Below, in pieces: positions 1 to 8,504 of a stretch of DNA of 16,964 nt. Each line of letters begins with the position of its first letter. The first letter of the stretch is position 1. Source of the stretch: Chlamydiia bacterium (lineage in GTDB: Bacteria; Chlamydiota; Chlamydiia; Chlamydiales; 2-12-FULL-49-11); NCBI GenBank assembly GCA_044359535.1, contig JBIKLZ010000025.1, positions 1 to 16,964 on the forward strand. Reading direction: 5' to 3'. The translations under genes and the position numbers were made by a program. The notes below the pieces were generated by a model. That model worked only from the letters and a program-made list of their open reading frames with translations. It did no database searches and was not told the DNA's origin.

Positions 1-25
1 TCCAATCACGATTTGTCTTTTGCAT
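1..25 (-). CDS. 5' end of a divergently transcribed gene running off the left edge (MQKTNRDW...), product unknown
   Basis: On the - strand, ATG at 25-23 is preceded by an SD-like AAAGGA (rc of tccttt, 33-38) and the frame is open to the edge. Only 8 codons are visible. Confidence 0.5.
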
Positions 26-53
26 GAGATTTTCCTTTGTTTTTGAGTACTTT

Positions 54-83
54 AGGATATCTCATGCGTTTTTTGTTAATCAA
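54..83 (-). promoter_or_regulatory. Candidate sigma70/sigma66-type promoter for the left-edge gene
   Basis: - strand TTGATT (83-78), 18 nt, TATCCT (59-54); by-eye match in AT-rich DNA. Confidence 0.3.
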
Positions 84-284
84 GAAACATTTTAGAACTT
101 ATATTTTTTTGATGAATTAGGAAACACACCCCAGACCCTTTAAAACGATATGAAAACTTCTTGTTTAGGGGTGAAACAATCAAGTCCTATAAAATCAAGC
201 TTTTATAAAGGTTTTAATTTTACACATTTTAATTGAATCTTAATATTAATTTACCCATTAATCCAAATTAATAAGGGGTGAATT

Positions 285-1454
285 ATGAATATTCATGAAT
301 TTCAAGCTAAACAAATTCTAAAAAGATACGGTTTACCGATCCATGATTTTGTCATTGTGGAGGATAGGAAAAGCATTAGGGATCAAATCACAACATTTGG
401 AAAGAGTAAGGCTGTGATAAAAGTTCAGGTTCATGCAGGGGGGCGGGGCAAAGCAGGTGGCGTAAAAGTGGCAAAAACAGTGGATGAAATGATAACACAC
501 ACCTCTAACCTTTTGGGAATGAAGATGGTCACAAAGCAAACAGGGCCATCGGGAATTATTTGCCACAAAGTAATGATTAGCGAATTAGCTGACATAGAAA
601 AAGAGTATTATTTTGGTATCATTATAGATAGAGAAAATGCTTGCCCCTTAATTATGTCTTCACAGGAGGGGGGGATGGATATTGAAGAGGTAGCAAAAAA
701 CACCCCTGAAAAGATTTTAAAAACCCCTTTGGGTGTTAATGGTGAAATTACTGATGATCAAGTAGATGAAATTGTTGAATTTATGGGGTGGGCAGGGAAA
801 AGTGCTGTTCAAGGGGAAGAGATCATTAAGGAGCTGGTTCGTGCTTTTATGGAAACAGATTGTTCCATTTTAGAGATCAATCCGTTGATTAAAGATCCAA
901 AAGGGTATTTATACCTTTTAGATGCAAAGATGAATATTGATGACAATGCTTTATATCGTCAAAGAGATATTGCTGCAATGTATGACCCATCTCAAGAAAG
1001 TGAAGGGGAAAGAAGGGCTCATGATCTAAATTTAGCCTATGTAGAAATGGATGGCAATATTGGTTGTATGGTTAATGGTGCAGGTCTTGCGATGGCTACA
1101 ATGGATATTATTAAGGAAAAAGGGGGGGAGCCTGCAAATTTTTTAGATGTGGGGGGCTCGGCTAATAAAGAAAAGGTGGTGGAAAGTTTTAAAATCATAT
1201 TAAGTGATCCAAAGGTGAAGGGCATTTTAGTCAATATTTTCGGGGGGATTATGAAATGTGATGTTATAGCTCAAGGGGTTGTTGATGCTGTCAAGCAGGT
1301 CCATCTAAAAGTTCCCTTAGTGGTCCGTTTAGAGGGGACAAATGTGGAGGAAGGGAAAAAAATCATCAATGAATCGGGTCTTAATGTGATATCGGCAAAT
1401 AATTTAGGGGATGCTGCGAAAAAAATTGTTGCTGAAGTGGGGAGGAAACAATGA
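285..1454 (+). CDS. sucC: Succinyl-CoA synthetase beta subunit
   Basis: [12 protein letters not shown] start, [18 protein letters not shown]-grasp motif, [59 protein letters not shown] upstream. Confidence 0.98.
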   Translation: MNIHEFQAKQILKRYGLPIHDFVIVEDRKSIRDQITTFGKSKAVIKVQVHAGGRGKAGGVKVAKTVDEMITHTSNLLGMKMVTKQTGPSGIICHKVMISELADIEKEYYFGIIIDRENACPLIMSSQEGGMDIEEVAKNTPEKILKTPLGVNGEITDDQVDEIVEFMGWAGKSAVQGEEIIKELVRAFMETDCSILEINPLIKDPKGYLYLLDAKMNIDDNALYRQRDIAAMYDPSQESEGERRAHDLNLAYVEMDGNIGCMVNGAGLAMATMDIIKEKGGEPANFLDVGGSANKEKVVESFKIILSDPKVKGILVNIFGGIMKCDVIAQGVVDAVKQVHLKVPLVVRLEGTNVEEGKKIINESGLNVISANNLGDAAKKIVAEVGRKQ

Positions 1455-2323
1455 GTGTATTAGTCAATAAAAATACAAGGGTCATTTGTCAAGGAATTAC
1501 AGGTCAGGCAGGCAGTTTTCATACAGCTCAATGTTTAGCCTATGGGACAAAGATGGTGGGGGGGGTAACCCCTGGGAAAGGGGGAGAAAGCTCTGAACAT
1601 GGACTTCCTATTTTTAATACAGTAAAGGAAGCAAAAAAAGCGTTAGAGCCCGATGCTACAATGATTTTTGTCCCCCCAAAATTTGCCGCTGCAGCCATTT
1701 TAGAGGCTGAAGAGGCTGGGATTGGTTTAATTGTGTGTATCACTGAAGGGATCCCTATTTTAGATATGTTAAAGGTTAAAGAGAGGTTTTTACAGAGCAA
1801 CAGCCGGTTAATTGGACCTAATTGTCCAGGGATTATTACCCCTGATGAATGTAAAATCGGAATCATGCCTGGATATATTCATAAAAGGGGAAAAATTGGG
1901 ATTGTCTCAAAATCAGGAACCCTTACTTATGAAGCTGTATGGCAGACAACAACATTAGGATTAGGTCAAACAACATGTATTGGAATTGGGGGCGATCCAA
2001 CCAATGGGACAAACTTTATTGATGTGTTAAAGCTTTTTGAAAACGATCCTGAAACAGAAGGGATTTTATTAATTGGAGAAATTGGAGGCAATGCTGAAGA
2101 AGAGGCAGCAAAATGGGTTAAACAGCATTGCACAAAAAAAATTGCCGCCTTTATTGCGGGAAAAACAGCCCCTCCAGGAAGGCGTATGGGTCATGCTGGG
2201 GCTATTATTTCAGGGGGAAAGGGAGGGGCTGATGATAAAATTTTGGCTCTACAAGAGGCTAACATCATTGTTGCAATGACCCCTGATGAAATGGGGAAAG
2301 CGATGTTGAGGGCCTTTGGATAA
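1451..2323 (+). CDS. sucD: Succinyl-CoA synthetase alpha subunit
   Basis: [15 protein letters not shown]oA-binding region, [22 protein letters not shown], and RMGHAGA carrying the phospho-histidine. ATGA overlap with sucC. Confidence 0.98.
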   Translation: MSVLVNKNTRVICQGITGQAGSFHTAQCLAYGTKMVGGVTPGKGGESSEHGLPIFNTVKEAKKALEPDATMIFVPPKFAAAAILEAEEAGIGLIVCITEGIPILDMLKVKERFLQSNSRLIGPNCPGIITPDECKIGIMPGYIHKRGKIGIVSKSGTLTYEAVWQTTTLGLGQTTCIGIGGDPTNGTNFIDVLKLFENDPETEGILLIGEIGGNAEEEAAKWVKQHCTKKIAAFIAGKTAPPGRRMGHAGAIISGGKGGADDKILALQEANIIVAMTPDEMGKAMLRAFG

Positions 2324-3468
2324 TGAAAAAAATTCCAGTAAAAATAGCCCCCTCATTTTTTGTAATGGCTTTTATATTAGGTTTTCTTAATACCTTTTCT
2401 TTGGTAGGAACCCTTATTTGGGCTGCAGTGATTTTTATTTCAGTCTTAGTTCATGAATATGGCCATGCTATTGCCGCAACCTTTTTTGGTCAAAGTGCGC
2501 AGATTCAACTTTTTGCCTTTGGAGGATTAACCCTTCCACAAGGCAAAAAGTTAAAAGGGTGGCAGGAATTTACAGTGATTGCAATGGGCCCTTTATTTGG
2601 GTTTGGTTTATATTTTGCCACTTTGTTTATCCCTTTAGATGAGGTGAGTAAGTTAGAGACTGTGGGCCCTTTGCTTGCTTACTTTATTCTTGTTACACAG
2701 TTTATCAACCTTTTTTGGACGGTGATTAACTTAATTCCCATTTTACCCCTAGATGGGGGGCACCTGTTAAGGATATTATTGCAGGGCTTTATAGGGCATA
2801 AATCTTGGAAAGTGTCATTTATCCTCTCTGTCATTTTGTCTGCAGTGGCAAGTCTAGGTTTTTTTTATATAGGTCAACTTTTTATTGGAGTTGTTTTTCT
2901 CCTTTTTACCTTCCAAAGTGTGGAAACACTAAGGCAATTTAGAAATTTTACTAAAGAAGATCTGATGGATTCAAATAGGGGGAAAATGGATAAGGCAAAC
3001 CAGATGATGAAAGAGGGGGATATACAAAGTGCGAAAAAATGTCTAGAAACCCTGCTATATTCGACCCATGAAGGGATGATTCACACCCTTGCAAAAGAAA
3101 ATCTTGCAAGAATTGCCTTTAATCAAGGGGAAAAGGAAAAAAGTTACCAACTTCTTTTAAGTGAGGAAAAGAATCTTTCTTTAGCTGGAAGGCTCTTATT
3201 TTATGAGGTGTGCTTTCATGTAGAAGATTTTGCTCGTGTGATTTCATTAGCTCACCCCACTTTTGATGTTCAAAGGGATAGTAAAACCGCTATTATTGCT
3301 GCAATTGCAACAAGCTATGAAAAAAAGGCCTCTGAAGCGATAGAGTGGCTTACAAGGGCAAAAATTTTTGGAGAGGTGGATATTTTAAAAGTGATTGAGG
3401 ATAAGGCTTTTGATCAAATTCGCTCTTCTGAAGAGTTCAAAAAATTTTTAATAGATAATGGAGGGTAA
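2323..3468 (+). CDS. Site-2 protease family (M50) intramembrane zinc metalloprotease with C-terminal helical, TPR-like domain
   Basis: VLVHEYGHA (HExxH) after a hydrophobic segment, FGG and AMGP motifs, NLIPILPLDGG (NPDG-type third ligand), several TM segments. The last ~170 aa are hydrophilic helical repeats (TPR-like by inspection). TAATG overlap with sucD. Confidence 0.9.
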   Translation: MKKIPVKIAPSFFVMAFILGFLNTFSLVGTLIWAAVIFISVLVHEYGHAIAATFFGQSAQIQLFAFGGLTLPQGKKLKGWQEFTVIAMGPLFGFGLYFATLFIPLDEVSKLETVGPLLAYFILVTQFINLFWTVINLIPILPLDGGHLLRILLQGFIGHKSWKVSFILSVILSAVASLGFFYIGQLFIGVVFLLFTFQSVETLRQFRNFTKEDLMDSNRGKMDKANQMMKEGDIQSAKKCLETLLYSTHEGMIHTLAKENLARIAFNQGEKEKSYQLLLSEEKNLSLAGRLLFYEVCFHVEDFARVISLAHPTFDVQRDSKTAIIAAIATSYEKKASEAIEWLTRAKIFGEVDILKVIEDKAFDQIRSSEEFKKFLIDNGG

Positions 3469-3512
3469 AAGCGCTAAAATTCTCTCCAGATAACAAAATT
3501 TATACAGAATGC

Positions 3513-3541
3513 TTGTGTACTATTCGAACTTGTCATAAGCT
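3513..3541 (+). promoter_or_regulatory. Candidate sigma70-type promoter for HU gene
   Basis: TTGTGT (3513-3518), 17 nt, TAAGCT (3536-3541); SD GGAGG at 3565-3569. Confidence 0.3.
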
Positions 3542-3576
3542 GTATAAATTAACTCACCTAACATGGAGGTCACAAA

Positions 3577-3849
3577 ATGAATAAAAATGAATTGATTGGC
3601 GAATTGTCTGATAAAACTGGATTTACAAAGTCTGATACTCAGAAATTTTTAAATGCGTATATTGAGTCTATTCAAAAGGCTTTAAAAAAAGGAAAAGAAG
3701 TTCAACTTGTTGGTTTCGGTACATTTAAAGTAACAAAAAGAAAAGCAAGAACAGGGAGAAATCCACAAACTGGAAAAGAGCTTCAGATTCCAGCGAAAAA
3801 AGTCCCTTCTTTCCGTCCTGGAAAAGCGTTAAAAGAATCTGTTTGCTAA
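3577..3849 (+). CDS. hup: DNA-binding protein HU (HU/IHF family)
   Basis: 90 aa with MNKxELI start, VQLVGFGTF, RKARTGRNPQTG arm and IPAKKVPSFRPGKALK; strong SD. Confidence 0.95.
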   Translation: MNKNELIGELSDKTGFTKSDTQKFLNAYIESIQKALKKGKEVQLVGFGTFKVTKRKARTGRNPQTGKELQIPAKKVPSFRPGKALKESVC

Positions 3850-3870
3850 ACAATAAGGTTCGTTTTTTTT

Positions 3871-3905
3871 AAAAATCCCGAAAATCTATTTTCGGGATTT
3901 TTTTT
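3871..3905 (+). terminator. Intrinsic terminator after HU gene
   Basis: Perfect inverted repeat AAAAATCCCGAAAA / TTTTCGGGATTTTT around a TCTA loop, running into a T-tract. Confidence 0.85.
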
Positions 3906-3915
3906 ATTATTTTTC

Positions 3916-3945
3916 TTGGAAAAAATTAAGGGAACTTTTTAAAAT
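3916..3945 (+). promoter_or_regulatory. Candidate sigma70-type promoter for htrA
   Basis: TTGGAA (3916-3921), 18 nt, TAAAAT (3940-3945), just downstream of the HU terminator. Confidence 0.35.
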
Positions 3946-3968
3946 AATTTTCTCTAAAAGGAGGTTAT
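3944..3968 (+). promoter_or_regulatory. SD-sequestering hairpin resembling a fourU RNA thermometer
   Basis: ATAATTTTCT (3944-3953) pairs over 10 bp (3 G-U) with AGGAGGTTAT (3959-3968), placing UUUU opposite GAGG immediately before the htrA ATG. Confidence 0.35.
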
Positions 3969-5357
3969 ATGAATAGATATCTTTCACTTATAATGTGTAG
4001 TGCACATCTTTTTTTATTTGGAAATGTAGATGCAAAGGGAAGTTGTTCTCATTGCGGAAAAGGGTTGTCCAATGCCTTTGTTGATGTTGTAAAAAAGTGT
4101 CGCTCTTCAGTTGTTTATATAGAAACAAAATATACCCATAGTCATACAGAAAGGGCTTATAGACCGATAGATCCCTTTCAAGATGAGTTTTTTAGAAACT
4201 TTTTTGGGGACTCTCGAAATGTTCCAGAAACGATGGAAAGAAAACCTCAGATAGGTTCTGGGACTGGGTTTATTGTTTCTGAAGATGGATATATTGTCAC
4301 AAATCACCATGTGGTTAAAGACGCCTCAGAAATTCTTGTGGAGATGTATCAAGATGATAATGAGACAGAGTATAAGGCAGTTTTAGTTGGATGTGATCCA
4401 AAAACAGATATTGCAATACTCAAAATTGAAGAAAAGGGGCTCCCTTATCTGCAGTTTGCCAATTCAGATGATTTAGAACCGGGTCAATGGATTATAGCAA
4501 TTGGTCACCCACTACGTTTAAAAGATTCAGTGACCGCAGGGGTAATTAGTGCAAAACATAGAACCAATCTACAAATTACACAGCTTGAGGATTATGTTCA
4601 AACAGATGCCTCATTAAATCCTGGATCAAGTGGGAGTCCACTGCTTGATTTAGAAGGGAAAGTTGTTGCTGTCAACACAGCAATTATCCCTCCATCTTCA
4701 AAAAATATGGGTGTTGGCTTTTCTGTTCCGAGTAAAATTGCTCAAATGGTTTACGAACATGTAAAAAGTACAGGGGTTGTCAACCGAGGTTTTCTTGGGG
4801 TAAGTATTCAAGATTTAACAGAAGATCTAGCTGAAGGTTTGGGCTACAAGAAGGGGACAAAAGGGGCCCTTGTCTCTTTTGTAGAAAAAAACTCTGCAGG
4901 AGAGCTCGCAGGGTTACAGATTGGGGATTTGGTTATCTCTTTTAACAATACAAAGATAAAAAGTGGAAGGTGCTTTGCTACCGAGGTGGGAAAACTTCCT
5001 GCAGGGAAAAAATGTGAAATCACTGTTTTAAGAAAAGGTGAGAAAATCACTTTATCTACAGAGCTTGGATCGTTAGCAGAAAAATCTTCTATTAAAGAGG
5101 ATGCGATTTTAAGACTGGGAGTTGTCATTGAAGAGCTTAAAGAAGGGGGCCTTTCGATTAAAGATATTGTTCCAGGAAGCTTAGCTCACCGATCCGGATG
5201 GAAAGTGGGTAGTATCATCATTGCAGTCAATGGGGATAAAATACAAACCGTTGAAGATTTAAAAAAAGCTATAGAAAAAACAGAAAAAGGGAAAAAACTT
5301 GTTGCCCTCCTTTCGTATAATGGACATTCGTTATTCACATCTCTTACCGTTTCTTAA
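3969..5357 (+). CDS. htrA: HtrA/DegP/DegQ-family periplasmic serine protease with two PDZ domains
   Basis: N-terminal signal-like peptide, GSGTGFIVSEDGYIVTNHHVV (His), DPKTDIAILK (Asp), QTDASLNPGSSGSPL (Ser), RGFLGVSIQ PDZ1, and a shorter second PDZ (RLGVVIEE...). SD AGGAGG. Confidence 0.95.
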   Translation: MNRYLSLIMCSAHLFLFGNVDAKGSCSHCGKGLSNAFVDVVKKCRSSVVYIETKYTHSHTERAYRPIDPFQDEFFRNFFGDSRNVPETMERKPQIGSGTGFIVSEDGYIVTNHHVVKDASEILVEMYQDDNETEYKAVLVGCDPKTDIAILKIEEKGLPYLQFANSDDLEPGQWIIAIGHPLRLKDSVTAGVISAKHRTNLQITQLEDYVQTDASLNPGSSGSPLLDLEGKVVAVNTAIIPPSSKNMGVGFSVPSKIAQMVYEHVKSTGVVNRGFLGVSIQDLTEDLAEGLGYKKGTKGALVSFVEKNSAGELAGLQIGDLVISFNNTKIKSGRCFATEVGKLPAGKKCEITVLRKGEKITLSTELGSLAEKSSIKEDAILRLGVVIEELKEGGLSIKDIVPGSLAHRSGWKVGSIIIAVNGDKIQTVEDLKKAIEKTEKGKKLVALLSYNGHSLFTSLTVS

Positions 5358-5362
5358 AATGA

Positions 5363-5405
5363 AAACTATATAACAAGGGAACTTTTTCCCTTTGTTATAT
5401 AGTTT
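5363..5405. terminator. Bidirectional terminator hairpin between convergent htrA and M16C genes
   Basis: AAACTATATAACAA-GGGAA pairs with TTCCC-T-TTGTTATATAGTTT (about 19 bp with a 1-nt bulge). The right arm overlaps the last codons and stop of the M16C gene. Confidence 0.65.
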
Positions 5406-8334
5406 CTAAGACAAGAGGGTTTTGAAGATGATTATTTGCATCTTCAAGTTTAGGTTGATTGCTACAAGAAACCTGTGTGGCTTGAGATTTAAGACTTGGG
5501 AGGATTGCCTCTTTTACTGCACGTTTGATATCCTCTTTTGTGATTGAAAGAATGGCATCACGAAATGTTTGCCGAACCTCTTTAGAAAGACCTACTTTTT
5601 CTTGGAAGTAGGTGACTGTTGCTCTACAGCTTACAGGAACTGGGGAGTCTACATCTTGGATATAGCTTAATATAGCTTCGGTAAGCTCTCTATCGGAAAG
5701 TTCTCTATCAGCAAGATTTGAAGATGCTTCAATAAAAGCGTCAATAGTTGAGTGAATATGTGGATCACGAGAGCTATAGAAGTGAAGGACCCCTGTTAAG
5801 ATATTATATTTGACACCCGATCCGTAAGCGCCCCCTTTTTCCCTTACCCATTTATGAATATAGATGTTTTCAAGCAAGTAGGTGGCAATTTTTAAGGCAG
5901 GGGATAGCTCAGAAGTAACGGTGACAGTAGATATAGCAAGGGCGTTATGAGCTATGGAAGAGGAGATGATGAACCCTTTATTTTTGGCAACAGGAGGAGT
6001 AGGGAGTTCTATCCAAGGAGAAAAAGATGACGAAGCCTCTGATAGGCTCATAAGGTCATAAAAATGATCTTTTTGCAATTCTTTAAAATCTTTGTCGTCA
6101 CAAGAAATTACAATATGGGCATTGTTAAAATGAAATAGGGACTTTTTAAAACTCTGAAATTTTTCGATAATTGTAAAAATCTTTCTATCTAAATCTTTTT
6201 CAAGGGATTTAATGAAGCGATAATAGGGGGCGCCATACCAGAGATTTCCAAGATGATTCCATGGGGAGATATGGGAAGAGGATTGTTTTAAGGCGTATTC
6301 TAGGGCTTTTTTATTAACTCCGCTTTCAAGGGAGGAAGCGATTTGATAAATTAAATCTTTAATGCGTTCAACATCCTCAATATCGATGTTTAAAATGGTA
6401 TCCTTTAAAATTTTGAAACTTTCCTTTCTATTTCGTGCTAGAAATTTTGAGGAAATGGATAAAGTGGGATAACAGGTGTTAATATGGTCTTTTTGTACGT
6501 TGAGAGCAAGAGCAGAAGAAAGGCTTCCGAAATATTCTTGAATCCGTTGCATATTGTCTTCCCAAGAGCATTCTTTAGTTCCAAGTTCAGGGATAATAGA
6601 GCTAAAAAGTTTAAGATAAGGAAGGTCCTCTTCAGGGATTTGAGGGATATCAAAAACAAGGTCGACATAGTAAATGGAATTGGTAAAAACATTATGGTGG
6701 TAGAGTGTACTTGACCCCTCCATTATTTTTGAAATAGGGTAATAGGGGACTTGTTTTGGGATATCTGAAATCTGTAGTGTGGGCAAACAGTCTATAGTTT
6801 CATTTTCAACATCCATTTGAGCTTTTTCAAAAGATTTTATCGTATTAGAAAGATTGATTTTTTCTTCTGTCGATAAACTATTTGCAATGGCTTTTAAACA
6901 AAGACGCTCCTTTTCTTGCTCTTTTGCACCAAAGGTGTGATCAGGAGTGAGGACAAGACTTACCCTATGGGTGTTTTTAAGAAACATCCTATCTATAAAA
7001 TCTGGAAGAAAGGAGGGATCTGAAAGTTTTTTTCTTAGGGTATCCATCAAGGAATGAATTTTTAAGCCATCAGAAAGCCCCCCCCCTTGTTGATAGGGGA
7101 TTAAGGTTTTTTGCATTAAGTCAAGGCCGTACGGTCCATAAGAACCGGTTATTTCTAACTTAGAAAATTCAAGTTGGTGAAGAGCACTTTCAATCCAAGA
7201 TTGAGAAATCCCCTCATTTTTGATCTCTTCTAAACTTTTTAGAATCGATTTTTCTAAATTTTGGGGGTCCCCTTTAAGCCCTATACAGTAGAGAATATAG
7301 GGGATTTCTCTAGCATCTGTATCGTACATAGTGTAAAGATCAGAACAGAGTTTAGAGGACAAGATTTTTTTCTTCAAAAGAGAGGCGTCTGTGTCCATTA
7401 AAATGGTGTCTAGCAGGATCAGAGTAAGGGTATCTTCCTCTTGTTCAATACCACAGGTAACAAATCCTAAAGAAAAGTAGGTGAGATCCTTTTTTTCATC
7501 TGTAGAAGGGTAAAACTCTTGAAACGTTTTAGGAGAAGTAAACCTTTGAATTTTCTTCACAGGAGAGATGGTTTCAATTTTTTCTTCCTTTTCAGTGAAA
7601 AGAGTCTTGGATAAAAAAGCTAAATGCTTTTCTAACGGGATATCCCCGTAGAAAAAATAGTCACAACATCGCTTGTCGTAAAATTTTTTGTGAAAAGCTT
7701 GAAGTTGTTCGTGAGTAAGCTGGGTGATATATTGTGGAATCCCTCCTGAATCAAATCCATAAGGGGTCATTGGGTAAAGATGTTGGATAAGACTTCTCCA
7801 AACAACAGAAGAAGGGTTTGAAAAAACCCCCTTCATCTCATTAAAAACAATCCCTTTAAATTCTAAGGGGGAATCGATATTTTCTGGGTCAGAAAATTCT
7901 ATTCGATGACCCTCTTGCATAAAACTGTGAGCTGTGAGGAGGGGGGCAAATACAGCATCTAGATAGACAGAAAGGATGTTATAAAAGTCTTTCTCAATTT
8001 GCGAAGAGGCCACATAACCTGTCCATAATTTTGAGGTGAAAGCATTCATAAAGGTATTGCAACTTCGACGAAGCATCGAAAAAAAGGGATCATGAACAGG
8101 AAATTTTTTTGAACCACAGAGAACAGTATGTTCTAAGATGTGAGCTACCCCTGTATCATCTCTGGGATAGGTTTTAAAACACAAACCGAAAAGATTCTCT
8201 TTATCATCGGCAGCAATGTGAAAAATCTGCGCGCCATTGTCTTGATGAACAAGGTGGGTAAGTTGTACATGTATTTCATCGATAGTCTCTACATGTTGTA
8301 CTACAAATCCATGGCTACAATCGCCCTCTTTCAT
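5395..8334 (-). CDS. M16C (insulinase / presequence protease PreP-like) zinc metalloprotease
   Basis: GVAHILEHTVLCGS (inverted HxxEH), DPFFSMLRRS-NTFMNAFT, VFNEMKG distal Glu and C-terminal REKGGAYG; 979 aa is typical of M16C. Confidence 0.95.
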   Translation of the reverse strand: MKEGDCSHGFVVQHVETIDEIHVQLTHLVHQDNGAQIFHIAADDKENLFGLCFKTYPRDDTGVAHILEHTVLCGSKKFPVHDPFFSMLRRSCNTFMNAFTSKLWTGYVASSQIEKDFYNILSVYLDAVFAPLLTAHSFMQEGHRIEFSDPENIDSPLEFKGIVFNEMKGVFSNPSSVVWRSLIQHLYPMTPYGFDSGGIPQYITQLTHEQLQAFHKKFYDKRCCDYFFYGDIPLEKHLAFLSKTLFTEKEEKIETISPVKKIQRFTSPKTFQEFYPSTDEKKDLTYFSLGFVTCGIEQEEDTLTLILLDTILMDTDASLLKKKILSSKLCSDLYTMYDTDAREIPYILYCIGLKGDPQNLEKSILKSLEEIKNEGISQSWIESALHQLEFSKLEITGSYGPYGLDLMQKTLIPYQQGGGLSDGLKIHSLMDTLRKKLSDPSFLPDFIDRMFLKNTHRVSLVLTPDHTFGAKEQEKERLCLKAIANSLSTEEKINLSNTIKSFEKAQMDVENETIDCLPTLQISDIPKQVPYYPISKIMEGSSTLYHHNVFTNSIYYVDLVFDIPQIPEEDLPYLKLFSSIIPELGTKECSWEDNMQRIQEYFGSLSSALALNVQKDHINTCYPTLSISSKFLARNRKESFKILKDTILNIDIEDVERIKDLIYQIASSLESGVNKKALEYALKQSSSHISPWNHLGNLWYGAPYYRFIKSLEKDLDRKIFTIIEKFQSFKKSLFHFNNAHIVISCDDKDFKELQKDHFYDLMSLSEASSSFSPWIELPTPPVAKNKGFIISSSIAHNALAISTVTVTSELSPALKIATYLLENIYIHKWVREKGGAYGSGVKYNILTGVLHFYSSRDPHIHSTIDAFIEASSNLADRELSDRELTEAILSYIQDVDSPVPVSCRATVTYFQEKVGLSKEVRQTFRDAILSITKEDIKRAVKEAILPSLKSQATQVSCSNQPKLEDANNHLQNPLVLETI

Positions 8335-8346
8335 CTTTTGACCTTT

Positions 8347-8504
8347 TTAGTAATGAAGAGGGCAATTCTATCAAAACCACATCTTTCAATCTACAAAAAT
8401 CTAGTTGGATTCAATAAGAGGTTTAGCTTTAGTGACGGGATTATCGATCAAGAGAGCTTTTGGTACTGTTTCAAAGAGTGAATAAGCCCTAGGTTCATTA
8501 CTAA
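8347..8504. repeat. Imperfect inverted repeat bounding a ~160-nt intergenic element
   Basis: TTAGTAATGAA (8347-8357) / TTCATTACTAA (8494-8504) is a perfect 11-bp match, continued by AGGGC/GCCCT and ATTC/GAAT. T9 follows at 8506-8514. Confidence 0.6.
8365..8393 (-). promoter_or_regulatory. Candidate sigma70-type promoter for the M16C gene
   Basis: - strand TAGATT (8393-8388), 17 nt, TAGAAT (8370-8365), about 30 nt upstream of the ATG. Confidence 0.4.

Noticed and set aside
188..207. Palindrome TATAAAA-N6-TTTTATA upstream of sucC as an operator
   Set aside because: A/T-only arms in a very AT-rich spacer, no second copy and no match to a motif I recognise.
8140..8481. 113-aa + strand ORF across the M16C start, and 62-aa - strand ORF 8615..8803
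   Set aside because: Both overlap real genes in antisense, with no SD or recognisable motif.
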